A program made the translations under genes and the position numbers. The notes under the pieces were generated by a model. It worked only from the letters and a program-made list of their open reading frames with translations. It did no database searches and had not been told where the DNA came from. DNA of 62,869 nt, filler included, from Rhabdomonas costata (lineage: Eukaryota), in NCBI GenBank assembly GCA_019059605.1. It is 54 parts of 54 records of this genome, joined end to end, with 100 filler letters (N's around TTAATTAATTAA, not from the genome) between each part and the next. Parts side by side here need not be neighbours in the genome. Positions count along the whole stretch, not along the records: positions 37,324 to 38,388 come from JAHMHO010030447.1; positions 38,489 to 39,557 come from JAHMHO010030448.1; positions 39,658 to 40,723 come from JAHMHO010030449.1; positions 40,824 to 41,889 come from JAHMHO010030450.1; positions 41,990 to 43,055 come from JAHMHO010030451.1; positions 43,156 to 44,221 come from JAHMHO010030452.1; positions 44,322 to 45,387 come from JAHMHO010030453.1; positions 45,488 to 46,547 come from JAHMHO010030454.1; 46 more parts are not named here. One strand, given 5' to 3'. Shown here one piece after another: positions 37,324-49,785 of this stretch (position 1 is the stretch's first letter; every line of letters starts with the position of its first letter).

Positions 37324-37846
37324 GGTTGTTGTTGGCGTCAGCCACAGGCCCCGGATGCCTCAGCCTGGTCTCCAGCTGTGCTAGCTGCACCAGGAAGTTG
37401 TCGTTCGGCCGAACACACGGCCGGCACTCCAGAACCCTCGCCAAGGCGCTCTTCAAGCTTAAGTGAAGAGCGCTCATCAGATACGCCACCACTATCGTCG
37501 CCGACCGGCTCACTCCCGCCCAGCAGTGCACAAACACTACCCCACCTCCCGAAAGCGCCTCCCGGATGAACCGCACCGGGGCCTCAAAGTCGATCCGCTG
37601 CGTCGGGGTGTCGTGCAGCCGGAGGCTGTGGTACACCAGACGCCGGGCGTGGAGGTTGGATAGCTCTGCCGCGGCGTTCACGACGTGGGTGACCCCGAGG
37701 CTCGTCAGTGTGGGCAGAGAAGCGGCGGCTTGGCGGTTGCCTAGGTAGAGTTTTCCCGGGAGAATCGCGTGGATCGGGTGGTTACCAACTTTTTCCAGGA
37801 TTTCTATGGGCTGCGTGGTGGAGACATTCATCTCCACTTGGACCAT
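37324..37846 (-). CDS. Dual-specificity protein phosphatase (atypical DUSP), intronless, 3' end truncated
   Basis: LYLGN, GVTHVVN, catalytic VHCWAGVSRSATIVVAYLM, and RPCVRPNDNFLVQL. Confidence 0.95.
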
Positions 37847-38495
37847 TTTCAGAGCATCGGGTGTGGGCAGTAGGCGGAAAATAAAAAGGCAGTGCTGAAA
37901 CCTAGAAAAACGACTCGGGGCGACACTCCGCACCTTCTTCAATTTCCAGGTAGTAAACACATCAGGAGGACAGGGTGGCGGTTGATCTGGACTACCTTGG
38001 TCATAAACTGGGAGGGTAAAAGAGTGAAAAGGTGCCCACAAAACACTTTTACGCCCGAGCTGAGCGTTTTTCGAGCCTCGGGTAACGCCTATTTTTTTGG
38101 CTTAATGAGGAGCGTAATAAGGAGTCGAAACAAATGAATAAATGGATGAATGAGTTTTCCTGTGCCGATGCGGCTCCAGAGTCTAATGAGCTCATCCGTT
38201 CATGAGCTCATTAGGGGTGCTTTTCTGTTGAATAGGCTTCGGGGGACCCAAACACACGGAAACCTTCCCGCACTTTTCCACGGCTTCCAAATAAAGGCCA
38301 GTGTCGGGACAAAAAACACTGTACAGGCAACGAAGCAATACGAAGTACAAGTGAACCGAAAAACCCCACCCCCCAACCACCCAACACANNNNNNNNNNNN
38401 NNNNNNNNNNNNNNNNNNNNNNNNNNNNNNNNTTAATTAATTAANNNNNNNNNNNNNNNNNNNNNNNNNNNNNNNNNNNNNNNNNNNNATTTGGG

Positions 38496-38587
38496 GTGGG
38501 GAGGAGCAGTGGTGAAAGTTCCGCGAAGGTGCACAAAATACGTATTTTGTGCACCTTCGCGGAACTTTCACCACTGCTCCTCCCCAC
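38496..38587. repeat. Perfect 92-bp loopless palindrome at the contig start (probable amplification fold-back)
   Basis: Symmetry centre at 38541/38542 with 46-bp arms. Confidence 0.93.
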
Positions 38588-39657
38588 TATCCTTCCAACT
38601 CTGGTTCGCATCGGCACAGTCCAAAATTTGTACACAAATTGTAAGGTGCAAAAAGCACAGACCCAGAGCCCAGGCATCTGTTGCGTAGACTGGAGAGCCC
38701 TCAATAAGGGCCCAGTTGGCCTTGATGAGCTCTGGAGGCTTCAGTTCGTTGGGGATGAGGTGGTGATATTGCTTTTGAGTGAGAGGGAGAGTGTGTAAGT
38801 GAGGGTGAAAGGGATGAACTCTGAGCTGAGCAACCAACCGATCCTACGGACCCTGAGTACATTTGCCCGCCACTCACAGTTCCACCGAAAAAAAAACTTA
38901 GGCTGGTGAGAACCCGAAGAGTGCTTCATTTCCCCGGTCACAGGTTCTTTGTGAAAAACTCCGTCATACGCTTCTTCCCTACGCTTCTTCCCTTCTTTCC
39001 CCGTGTGGCATTTGTAGCATGGTCCAAATAAAACCAGCAAAGCGCAAAATCAGTTCAAGCCTTGAAGTGGTTCACTTTGAGCTCTCCGTTGATGTCGGGC
39101 TGAGTGTTCAGCTGCGCGCACCAGTCCAGGCCAAAGAGCTTCCAGTCCCCACATTTGTTGACGTAGATGCTGTGCATCCCTTTGGGCCCAAAGGAGATAA
39201 TTCTGGCGTAGGAAGGGATTCCAGGCAAAACCACTGTCAGCGGTTACCCACGTCACAAATCCACGTTGTCCATCCTTGCACAGCCCTTCTTTCATTCACG
39301 CTTTTGTGTGGTCGATCCGCCTTATATCTTGGGCATTCTCTCGAACGGGAAGCACTGCTGCCCAAGTGTAGGAAGTTTCGTGTCTCAGAACGTCCCTTGG
39401 GTATAGAGCTAACTGGGGTTTCATGAGAAACGTTTGCGTTAATCTGTACCCCTACCCATATGGATAGTGATCTTTATCCAGCGACCAAGATTCCAAGATC
39501 CCGCAACGAAGCCCAGGGGAACTTCCCTACCACGCACCCCGGGGTGAAATCAGCTATNNNNNNNNNNNNNNNNNNNNNNNNNNNNNNNNNNNNNNNNNNN
39601 NTTAATTAATTAANNNNNNNNNNNNNNNNNNNNNNNNNNNNNNNNNNNNNNNNNNNN

Positions 39658-40678
39658 GTTGGGTGTGGGGGGTAACGACCGCAAAGCAGGCACGCCGGGG
39701 CGTCGAAGTCCACCCCCGGACCCTTGCTGGTGAAGTCAGAACCGTAGCACTTCTTACACACGCAGTTGGGGTGGTTCCGCGCGCCCAGAGCCAGGGGGAA
39801 TGCCGAACAGGAAAAGCAAATTGTGCGCCCGCAACGCCGGCACCAGTGCCTATGCCCCCCACCGCTACAGTGTGCTTTGTCCACCTCCAGCAGTCCCGGT
39901 GTCGGCACTTAATAAGAGCACCAAAGGGCAGCAGAAGACGCAACTTTCAGAAAAAAAACGCGCCACATCCGCTGTTGGATTTGGGGTGACAATATCGAGG
40001 AGAGTTGATGATGCTCTGTGTTCCAGTGCATTTCCGGAAAAGAAATTACAGGCTCCTGAAGCGGGCGTGGCGACGTTACTTCGTTTCTATGCTACCTCCT
40101 CTTCCTGCCTCCAGCACACCCATTGCCTGTATTGTTCTCACAGGCTATCTTTAGGTTCGTCTGTTCTTCATTCCATATTTCAGAACACTCGCGCACACAC
40201 ACATAGCGAACCTTCTCCGGTAGAACCGGAACGCCACCTCGCACACGGCGCAGCAGCTGGCATCCCAGTCCACCCCACGTACCACCCCGCGCCCCACTCG
40301 GGTCAGACATTCCTCCGCACACCGCACGCACCGCCGGCCCTCAATGGGGCCCTCCCCTTCCCCCTCGACCGTCCTTTCCCCTCGGCTTGCGCCCCTTCCT
40401 TCCCCCACGTACGGCCCACGCCGTGCCAGAGCGGCCAGCGCGCGCTCACGGGCTTCCGCCTCGTCCAGGCGTTCCCCAATAGTGCTCAGGCACTGTGCAC
40501 AGACGTTCCGGTGGCACGTCACGCAGCGGTGGCTGCGGACGAAGAGACTGAAGAAGGACCCACAGACGGAACAGTTCACATCGCCCGATGCGTCCTCCGC
40601 ATGGGTGAGGGCCAGAAGGGACGCCGAGGGAGGGCGGGCGGATATAGCGGAGAGTGCAACTGCAGATGGGGGAGGCAT
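39658..40678 (-). CDS. Multi-FYVE zinc-finger protein; exons 40678-40212 and 39849-39658
   Basis: CSVC...RSHRCVTCHRNVCAQC; spliced CAVCEVAFRFYRRR|HWCRRCGRTICFSCS...CKKC; a third finger begins at CLLC. Phase-2 GT-AG intron. Confidence 0.9.
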
Positions 40679-40929
40679 GGGTGATCGAATGTCCTGCTCT
40701 CTAAGTAGATTGCTAAATGGTTANNNNNNNNNNNNNNNNNNNNNNNNNNNNNNNNNNNNNNNNNNNNTTAATTAATTAANNNNNNNNNNNNNNNNNNNNN
40801 NNNNNNNNNNNNNNNNNNNNNNNTGTGGGGGACATTGAACCAGCGGATCCTTTGGAAGTTGATGAAGAAGCTTTTCAGCGTGGTGAGGAACCCAACCTGT
40901 GAGCATTCGAGATGTGACATGTGGCCGTG

Positions 40930-41430
40930 GCTCCTCGACCCATCTGGTAGGACCACTCCTTCTCCACCGGGTAGCAGGCGAGGTTGGCGATCTGAGGTGC
41001 AGCCGGCATGCCCATTGGCATCCCCTTGATCTGCCGGCAAAAACGACATCCGTTGCAGGTGTAGTTGTGCAACATCAGGAACTTGATGATGTCGTGCACC
41101 TCGTAGATCTTGTAGCCCTAGCCCATTCGGTTGAAACCTTGTGGTCCGAGGCGTAGAGAAGGAGCGTCAGAGCCCTCCTGGTATGGGTGATTCGTCGCCC
41201 AAGCGAGGAAGGCCTCCAGCATCGACGTGCCAACTTGCGTGATGATGGCCTCGAATGGGAAGCTGGTGTACATCGTCGTGAAGTCGGCCGTCTGCTGCCA
41301 GTGGTCGAGGATGGTCTGGGGATACGTCCGCACCATGTTGGTGAAGTCCGAGATCCGGTCGATCCCCCAGAAGGCCTTGATACCTCGTTGGCTTGCCTCT
41401 CCTTGTCCACCTCAAGCAACATCTTCTCGA
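40930..41430 (-). mobile_element. Degenerate Penelope-like element reverse transcriptase core
   Basis: Motif A TADFTTMYTSFP and motif B' RQIKGMPMGMPAAPQIANL are typical of PLE RTs. There is a stop and a frameshift, and YxDD is not seen. Confidence 0.82.
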
Positions 41431-41639
41431 CGTGCTCTCACCGCCACAACCCTGTCGTGCAGCATGTGGGATGGTGAGTAGAGCAGATCCACACCTATGT
41501 CAGAGCAGGCGCGAACACATGGGGCTTGACGCCGCGGAGGGGCACGACGACCAGCACCGGCACGAGCACGAGCACAATGACCCACCCCATGGATGAGGAT
41601 GGCGTCGTGTATGGGTGCTGGCTGATGGTTTCGTTGTTC

Positions 41640-41889
41640 CTAGAAAGCTCTTCACATCCACTGGGTTTTTCAACGTCGTCCACTTGTACACAGCCATCAG
41701 TTTCCTCGGCTGCGGCCTGATGCCATTCCTCCCCAAAAGGAAGCCGCAATACTCCACTTCCGGCTGCGCGAAAACGCACTTCTCCGGATTGGCAAACAAC
41801 TTTTCTGTGTCCAATTTCTCGTAAAACACCCGCAACGCTTCGACATTGTCTTCCAATGTGTCCGTGTGCACAAGGATGTTGTCAACATA
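41640..41889 (-). mobile_element. Ty3/gypsy RT 3' half fragment abutting the PLE remnant
   Basis: VDNILVHT...LFANPEKCVFAQPEVEYCGFLLGRNGIRP...VKSFLG. Confidence 0.88.
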
Positions 41890-42930
41890 NNNNNNNNNNN
41901 NNNNNNNNNNNNNNNNNNNNNNNNNNNNNNNNNTTAATTAATTAANNNNNNNNNNNNNNNNNNNNNNNNNNNNNNNNNNNNNNNNNNNNCGTAACCGCCC
42001 CCCCCCCCCGCCCACAGCGTCGTTGCACCAGAGTTTGTGTTATATGTTATGGTCGATTATATGCTTTTCCCGTGACAGGAGACATAATGGGGACTTTGGG
42101 TTATATATCCACAGCGGATTGTGTGGAAAGTGCGTGCTCAGCAGGGGCGTGCCATGCGCCCACTGGGGAGTGCCTGTGCCAGAACTACTTCAGGTTTCGT
42201 TTGTCGCACACGCTTATTCGATGTTTTTGGCTTACTGCCTCGTGATCATCTCTGCTAAATTAGGCAACAGGCGCACGTGGTTCGGATCCTTGGATCCTTG
42301 GATCCTTCCTGCCAACCCTTTCCGAAGGGTGTGCTTTGGGTGCCCATTATCACAAATGAGGTCCATATTGTCCGTCTCAAGAAGCCACAATCGAAGTCAT
42401 AACCGAAAATAACAAGTTCACTCCTAATCTGTGTTTTCGGGCTTGAATGAAAAAAGCTTGCCTGGAGATGTTTTGGTTATTTTCGACCTTTTCGGAATGG
42501 TTCTGCCTCTTCGTCTTGCATTTGAGATGACGTGAGCCACAAGAAGAGGTGCAGCTGTTCCAAGAACCTCTCAAGGCCCGATGGCTCGGGCTGTGGGAGG
42601 GGACCCCCCTGGGATGTGCAGCAGTGCTGCAAGTAATCAAGATTGGGCCACTGGAGGTACTGCTCATCAGCTGCGCCAACAGCCGACAGTGCCGACAGCC
42701 AATGGCTTCGTTTGTGCGTGTTGGTGCGCGCATCTCGCAGTGGCCAGTGGTCAGTATGCCCTGGGCTGGACAGCAACCTGACCGTCACGGTGAACCAGAC
42801 GGCGCCCCCGGCCGACCCCCTGCTGTGCCGACACATCAAGCTGGGGTACTACCAGCCCGACTTCTGCGCGAGTCAGATGTACACCATCAACCCCTCAACC
42901 CGCGACCGCTTTGCCATATGGTTTGTGGCA

Positions 42931-43047
42931 TGGACCCCGCCCTTATCCCGCTCCTCCGCATACGACATGAAACTTTGAGGCCGCCAACGCAACGAAGTGC
43001 AAATCTTTTTTAGGGCTTGAGGAGGAGCGGGATAAGGGCGGGGTCCA
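42931..43047. repeat. 27-bp-arm inverted repeat at the contig end (probable amplification fold-back)
   Basis: 42931-42957 is the reverse complement of 43021-43047. Confidence 0.88.
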
Positions 43048-46000
43048 CACCACAANNNNNNNNNNNNNNNNNNNNNNNNNNNNNNNNNNNNNNNNNNNNT
43101 TAATTAATTAANNNNNNNNNNNNNNNNNNNNNNNNNNNNNNNNNNNNNNNNNNNNGGGTGAGATCAACGCAGCCCCCTGAGAGGTGGGCTGCCTTCAGGG
43201 CGCGGTAGCCTTGCCGCGTGCCCTGCACCTTGGGCGTTGCCGCGGGGGAGAGCTGCACCCAAAACAAGCGCAAAACCCGTGAATTCACAACAGCCTCATG
43301 GGCGCGCGCCTTGAGCAATTTGATTTAGCTTACTCATTGTGACATTATTTTATGTAATAATGTTGTATGTTTCTTTAGTGACGTGTTGTGACCGACGATG
43401 GAACACTGTTTCCGATTCAGTGGAAAGCATCTGGCTTCATTGGGCGAATAACGAAATGCCGTGTAGATGGCGCTTCGTTGGATGCGCGCTATAGTGCCTC
43501 TGACAAGATGATCAAAAAGACTTGCACAGGTGTAGATGATGAAAAAGTACAAGCAGAAGTAGATACCATTTCACATCTGGGATGTGTCCACCCTTTATTT
43601 GTGAAGCTATTCTTTTTCTTTGCGAAAGAAACCAATGCTGATCCATTATACATTTTGATACCCTCTTTCAAACCATGAAAAGCAGCATTTAAAGTGAAGT
43701 GAAAACATGAGAAAAAGACGCGAAGGCAGAATTGAACTTTTTTGAATTGGCCCGTTGTGAAGGCGCTTCTCAAGCAGAAACATTTCGGTGATGGCAAAGG
43801 AGGAAAAACGCACCACAGAGCTGTTGCTCAGGTCCACGCTGTCGGTCATCCTCGAGGGGATGGTTAGAATCCCCTGGGGCTGTGAAGCGAAAGCACAAAC
43901 AGAGGAGAAAGGAATGGAAACGGCGAAAATTCTGTCTCAGTTTGCAAACCCTTTCAGATTTAGCGGCATTTTGAGATCTGCATTAAGCCACCGCCAGAGT
44001 TGAGACGGCTCAAGATAGCACCGAACTAACAGTCACAGAAGCAAAAAAAAAAGTAACAGAAGCAAATCTGAATGAAAGCTGAAAGCTAAGCGCACTTTGC
44101 CATTAGCAATGGTAGTTACCCCCCCCCTCAAAAGCCCAAAAGAAAAGCAACGCAAAAAAAGGGGGGGAAAAGGCATATACAGCTTTCCCCGGACGATTCT
44201 GTCAACAAAGTCTTTTACTCGNNNNNNNNNNNNNNNNNNNNNNNNNNNNNNNNNNNNNNNNNNNNTTAATTAATTAANNNNNNNNNNNNNNNNNNNNNNN
44301 NNNNNNNNNNNNNNNNNNNNNGGTGGTTTTGCAGCGGTCTCGACGGTGGTAGGTTTTGTTGCAACTACTTCTGTGCACCCTAACTCATATCCCTAGCCCC
44401 AATGACACCGGACTGGTGTTTCAGCGGACTGGTGTGATGCCGTGCCACTCCTATCTTTTGTTCCATTCACCCTTTTTTACTCAAGTTTTGTGGTGAAGCA
44501 GTTCATTTTGGTTGAAATGCTCCCGGTTCCACACCCCTGCACCCCGGCCGTGGAAGTGGATAGCAGCTCATCATTCAGACTGTCCAGTACCCACTACTTT
44601 GGCGTGCGTGAATTGCTTTGCTGACGCCGTGCCATTCCCTGTTGCCCTGACGTAGTATGCGTTGACTTTCTTTTTTCATCTCTTCTTTCAGCCGTGCGTC
44701 CGTTCCCAGCAGTGAACCAGTGTCACTCATTCTCTCTGTTGTTGTACGGAGGCTTGTACCCGGGGAGCATATCTGCCATATCTTCACGTTTAAAGCCCCC
44801 AACTCCCGAACGGGCTAGGCTTGAAACATAAAACATGAAACATAACGATCAGGTAACTTGAGCTGACAGGCTGTATATCGGGATGCGGTGGGCGCCGGAC
44901 GTGCTTTCTTTCCGCTTCAGACTTCTGATTGCTACCCTGAACTCTTGGGGAAGAAAGTTGATAACCACATTTTTCAGTACTATTCCTCCTTCGGCGGAGG
45001 TTCTGTGGCAACCGTTCCGCCTTTGGAGGTCTGCAGAACTTTCCGGGCATTGTAAAAACCGAGTGTTTTGGAAATGCCCCATTTCCAAACAACAGTTGAG
45101 ACACGGATGTCTTAACCAGCGGTTGAAGCACCCTGTCAACATTAGCCCGTTGTACGCCGACTTTCCAAACGCTCTTTCCTCATAGCCCTGGTGTTTGCCT
45201 GTTGTTCCTCTCACGGGTCCTGTGCCGGCCGGCGGTTTGCCTTAACCATTAGGTGCTGTTGCCCCTGTGTCGTTGGTGGACGCAGGCGCGAATACATATA
45301 TTCATTCATCATGCGCCCCCAACAAAGATCAAGCACATAGGGCAACCGGCACCAGAGGCTGTGCGGTTCCCGCAACCACACCACCAANNNNNNNNNNNNN
45401 NNNNNNNNNNNNNNNNNNNNNNNNNNNNNNNTTAATTAATTAANNNNNNNNNNNNNNNNNNNNNNNNNNNNNNNNNNNNNNNNNNNNGGGTGGGGGTGGA
45501 GGCCCCTGGTCTTCCCCGGCGGGTGCCGTTCATGCTGATGTCGGGGCTGACCCGGTAGCCGTCGTACGTCGAGAGCTGGTCGGCGACGCCCCAGCCCTTT
45601 GCGGGAAGTCCTTCCGAGACAAGCTTCGACTGCCGCACCTGGGCGTGCTGCTGCCGCAGAGATGCGCTTTCCTGCCACACAAACATAAACAGCCCTGGAT
45701 GATTCGGGCCGCTGGTAGTGCCGATCATTGTGAGTACGCATGTTGGTAATGTTGGGCAGTGTGATGGGCGAATAGCACGCTGACCGCTGCCTGACTAGCT
45801 GTTGGTGACTGCTATTCAGTGAGGGGCGCACGCTGTGTAGGTCACAGGTGCTCGTGGGAGGGTACCTGCAAAGTGCAGTTTGCCTTGCGTGCGTGTATGT
45901 GTGTATATATGGTACAGGTACGTGTATGCGCGCGCGCGTGTGTGTGTCTGTGTGACTAACAACGCGTTACCTCAGTACGCAGCTCTTCCGAAGATGTAAA

Positions 46001-48190
46001 TGGCTGAGTCTCCCTAACACGGAAGTTAAAGGTGATGGAGCGGAGTGGGAGACCATCTGATTTTCCCAAAATACCGGCAAGCGCACACACTATACTCGTA
46101 TGGTAACGGTGGGTTGGCAAGGGTGCAGACATATACACAACCGCAAATGCACTATCACAAACCGCACTGTCCTGGGGCTTCCGGTTCTGCTCGGCGATCT
46201 TGTGGGCCGGCCGCAGTCCCCTGGGGGGTTCCGTTCGGTTCACTGGGCGAGAGCGAGAATGCAATGACGGACAGACAGGAAGCAAGATAACGGGTCAAGA
46301 GGAGCGATGGCAAAGAGGAGCACGCCTTTTTCACTGTGAGACAAGCCACCATGACTGCGGGGGGCTGTCACAACCACAAACACAATAACTGTCCCGGACC
46401 AGCCCATGCGAATCTTATCGCAAACATTCGCCGTTTCTCACCGTTCGCCGTTTTTCAGTTAATCACAAAAAAAAAGCTTGAACTGGAAACACAACGGGTG
46501 AGAAAAAACGATGCGGAAGAGGGGGAGGGAGGGGGTGACAACCCACCNNNNNNNNNNNNNNNNNNNNNNNNNNNNNNNNNNNNNNNNNNNNTTAATTAAT
46601 TAANNNNNNNNNNNNNNNNNNNNNNNNNNNNNNNNNNNNNNNNNNNNTGTTGGTTTGAGAATGTGAGGTATAACATATAAAACGGCCGAAGGCAAAACCC
46701 AGGCAAAACCACCGTCAATTTTCTCCGAAAGCGCACCTTTTACTTTCCTCTTGGGAGCTCCGAGGCAGCAAGCGCAGGCGAAGCACCGGCCCCTGCTCCG
46801 CCGTGGGAGACTCAGCTGCAGCCGTCAGTTCAAGCTGCCGAAAGGCGCAGCGCGCAGGTGCGCACCTGCGCACAACAACGCACAACACGCCTACACACTC
46901 ACAGAGTTGTGTGAATCGGTTGAGTTCAGTGAAGGTCGAAGGTCGATGATTCGGATATGAATGTCGAAAACGTTTCGCGTAATCTTCCCTCGGCGAGGTG
47001 CGGAGGCTTGATGACGTGTTCATGAGTCTTGGCATTTTCGATAGTATCCTGCAGAAACAACCAGTGGTTTCTTCAAAAACATGAAACAACACTGATGACA
47101 GAGTCTCAAAGCAGCTGTGAAAAACTACCTAAGAGCTTAAGAAACTCCCACATGCGAGCATAGATGTGGATACGCGAGAAAAATTAAACCACAGAAGAGG
47201 TTTAAAATAAAAAAACTATGGAACAAATAACAACTCATTTTCCTTCGGCAGTGCGCAGCGGGAAAACTCAGAGCAGGCCGAGCAAGGCCACCTGTTCGGC
47301 GGCGGCGCTGCATTGCTGTGCTTTTCGGTGTTCTCCGTCACCTGCCGCGATGGGGCTGAAGGCTGCGCGGAAAACGGCGGGATTCATTTCGACACAATGA
47401 GAGCGCTCATTTGGTGAAAGAAAGGATCCAATCACTCACACGTATAAGTGTTTTTGTGCTTCGACTTTTATTGACCTATGCCCTTTCCTTTGCATTTAAA
47501 CACTCTATTTAGGTAGAGTCAGATTGCGATATCAAGTTCTTCGGATTCCCGCTCAGTTTTTTGAAGGGTTGGGTGGTCTCCTTCCCCAGGTTACAGACTG
47601 GACTCTATCTGCTGCTGGGCCAGAGCGCCTGATTTTCATACATGGGGCTTCAACAACAACCAAAGTTTGTCCGAGTAATTGTGGGGCAACGCGTTCCGAT
47701 AGCAACAACCACCACNNNNNNNNNNNNNNNNNNNNNNNNNNNNNNNNNNNNNNNNNNNNTTAATTAATTAANNNNNNNNNNNNNNNNNNNNNNNNNNNNN
47801 NNNNNNNNNNNNNNNGGGGTGTGGTGGTGAAGTGCCCTCCTTTGGAGCGCGACGAGATGGCCACCATTGTAGCCGCCCGGATGACCTCCGTGCTCGGAAG
47901 CGGGGTACAGTTTGGAAGAGGTCACCCTGAGGCAGTTTATCCGCTGGACTCGTCGGGCTTGGTGTGAGACCCTAACCTCCACTCTGCTCCCTGCTTGTTA
48001 TTTTTCCCACTTTTAACAGAATTGGATCGAATTAGGCTATCTTGGATTGTTTGTTTTCCCTGCGTCCTGATGGACAATTTAATAGTTTTATGTTCACATG
48101 TCTTTCTTTGCCTGGTTTTGCTCCGTTTTTGACTGCTCGCAACGTTTCTGGTGACTTTTTCAGTAATGTGTGGTCATTTTTATTGTGCAG

Positions 48191-48881
48191 GGCAGACTAC
48201 TCCCACGGTTCCTCGGATGAGTGGCGAAATTTGCTCCGTCAGCATGCTGCTATCTTGTTCTCCAACTGCATTCCGAGAACCGTCGAGGACTGTGAGATTC
48301 CAGAAGTGCTGGAAGTGGTGCAGCACCAGCCATCTACGGTCCGATTTTCCATGTACGGCCTGACCCGCCTCGTCCCCGGAGAGTTGTCCCGGGCCCCGCT
48401 GTTTGCAGAGGATCTTCAGAAATTACTCCCCAAGAGCTTTCTGCGAACACTGGTCAGATTGGTCTTTGCGTTATTCCCGAAGGACCCCCACAGCGCCTCC
48501 TCGTGGGGCTCATTTCCTTTTCCTGAGCCTGTCCTGCTCATGGGCCCTACCTCCTACAAAAGTCTGGTGGTGACAACCCTGGCGCAAATCGTTTTCGTCA
48601 ATTGGCAGTATGCCCTGCGGGTGATTCCGCTTTCGCCCAAGACAGAGACTGATGCGATAATAGGGGCCCTCCAGCCCTTTACGTGGCGCAGGCTGCTTCT
48701 TCACATCGCAGTGGTGATTCGAAACGCCGCCGCCGCCGCCATCACCACATCTCCAGACTTCGCCGCACTGGTGGAGCGCCTCACGACGACCTGTGAAAAG
48801 CTGGAACGCGCGTACTTCTCCCAGCAGAAGACCAAAGCTACCGAAGCAGACCGCGGCCTCCCGAAGGAGTCCCAGACCACC
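48191..48881 (+). CDS. Midasin/MoxR-like AAA+ domain exon with a variant Walker A
   Basis: EPVLLMGPTSYKS...LAQI...IPLSPKTETDAIIGALQP matches the midasin AAA pattern (EPVLLVG.TG.GKT...TETADLIG). tgcag acceptor at 48186-48190. Confidence 0.7.
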
Positions 48882-49138
48882 NNNNNNNNNNNNNNNNNNN
48901 NNNNNNNNNNNNNNNNNNNNNNNNNTTAATTAATTAANNNNNNNNNNNNNNNNNNNNNNNNNNNNNNNNNNNNNNNNNNNNTTCTGCATTGTTTGCAGGA
49001 GACGAATTTCAAAGGCCATTGGCGAATTAACACAAAGAACATCCAAATCACAAGCGGGACAAGACCGGATGCCTCATAGGGCATTTCAGCCAAATCCATA
49101 GATATTATGGGGCAACCGGTATAGGAGTGGAGATGAAC

Positions 49139-49785
49139 CTCTTCCTCGGGGAAGGCGGAGAAGAGCTTGATGTGCTTCGCCATGCTGTGCTGCCCGATGG
49201 CTGTGTCCTCGGCCAGCGGCGAGAGGATGAACAGTGTGCCCTGGTCCTCGTGGGTAAGGAACTCGTTGGCCACCTGGCCACCCGCGCCCAACGCCGTCTC
49301 ACATGCATAATCACCCCCCTCCTCCCTCCCTCCGCCGCTATGCACAAGCCACTCAGCCCGCACTTCCAGGCAAAATAAGCACACGACAAGCAGATGCTGC
49401 CCCAACCGCAACCCATATTACTGCGTCATCATCGCGTTAGGGACCCTTCGGACTACTTCGCACAATAAGACAGGAGAGGAGGGCCATAAACAATGCCGGA
49501 GGGAACACAAAATTTTCCATAAGATTGCTACAAATATATGTGAAGCAGGTGTAACTAATTAGAAGGTAAATCTGCGGAGTTGCCGAACCCGGCGACGAGC
49601 GGAGAGTGCAGCAAAAGGGAAAACGAATCGACCCACCTTTCGGCAAACAACAATGCACACACACACACACACACAGCACGGCCACCGCACCGCACCGCAC
49701 CGCACAACTGCGCGCACACCAGTGTCCTGACAGTGGTACTACTGAACGCCGGCCAGCACAGCACGCTGCCCACCTTGTACAGCCG
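49139..49785 (-). CDS. NAD+:protein ADP-ribosyltransferase (R-S-E / ARTC-type) catalytic domain; exons 49785-49720 and 49273-49139
   Basis: Spliced product RLYKVGSVLCWPAFSSTTVRTL|VANEFL...GTLFIL...IKLFSAFPEEE carries the S-T-S/T motif and the acidic ARTT loop. Phase-0 GT-AG intron. Confidence 0.82.

Noticed and set aside
36940..41430. In-frame TAA/TAG in retroelement frames as stop-codon reassignment
   Set aside because: The stops occur only in decayed mobile elements, some of which also have frameshifts. Conserved host exons (PRP8, POLD1, DUSP, START) contain no internal stops.
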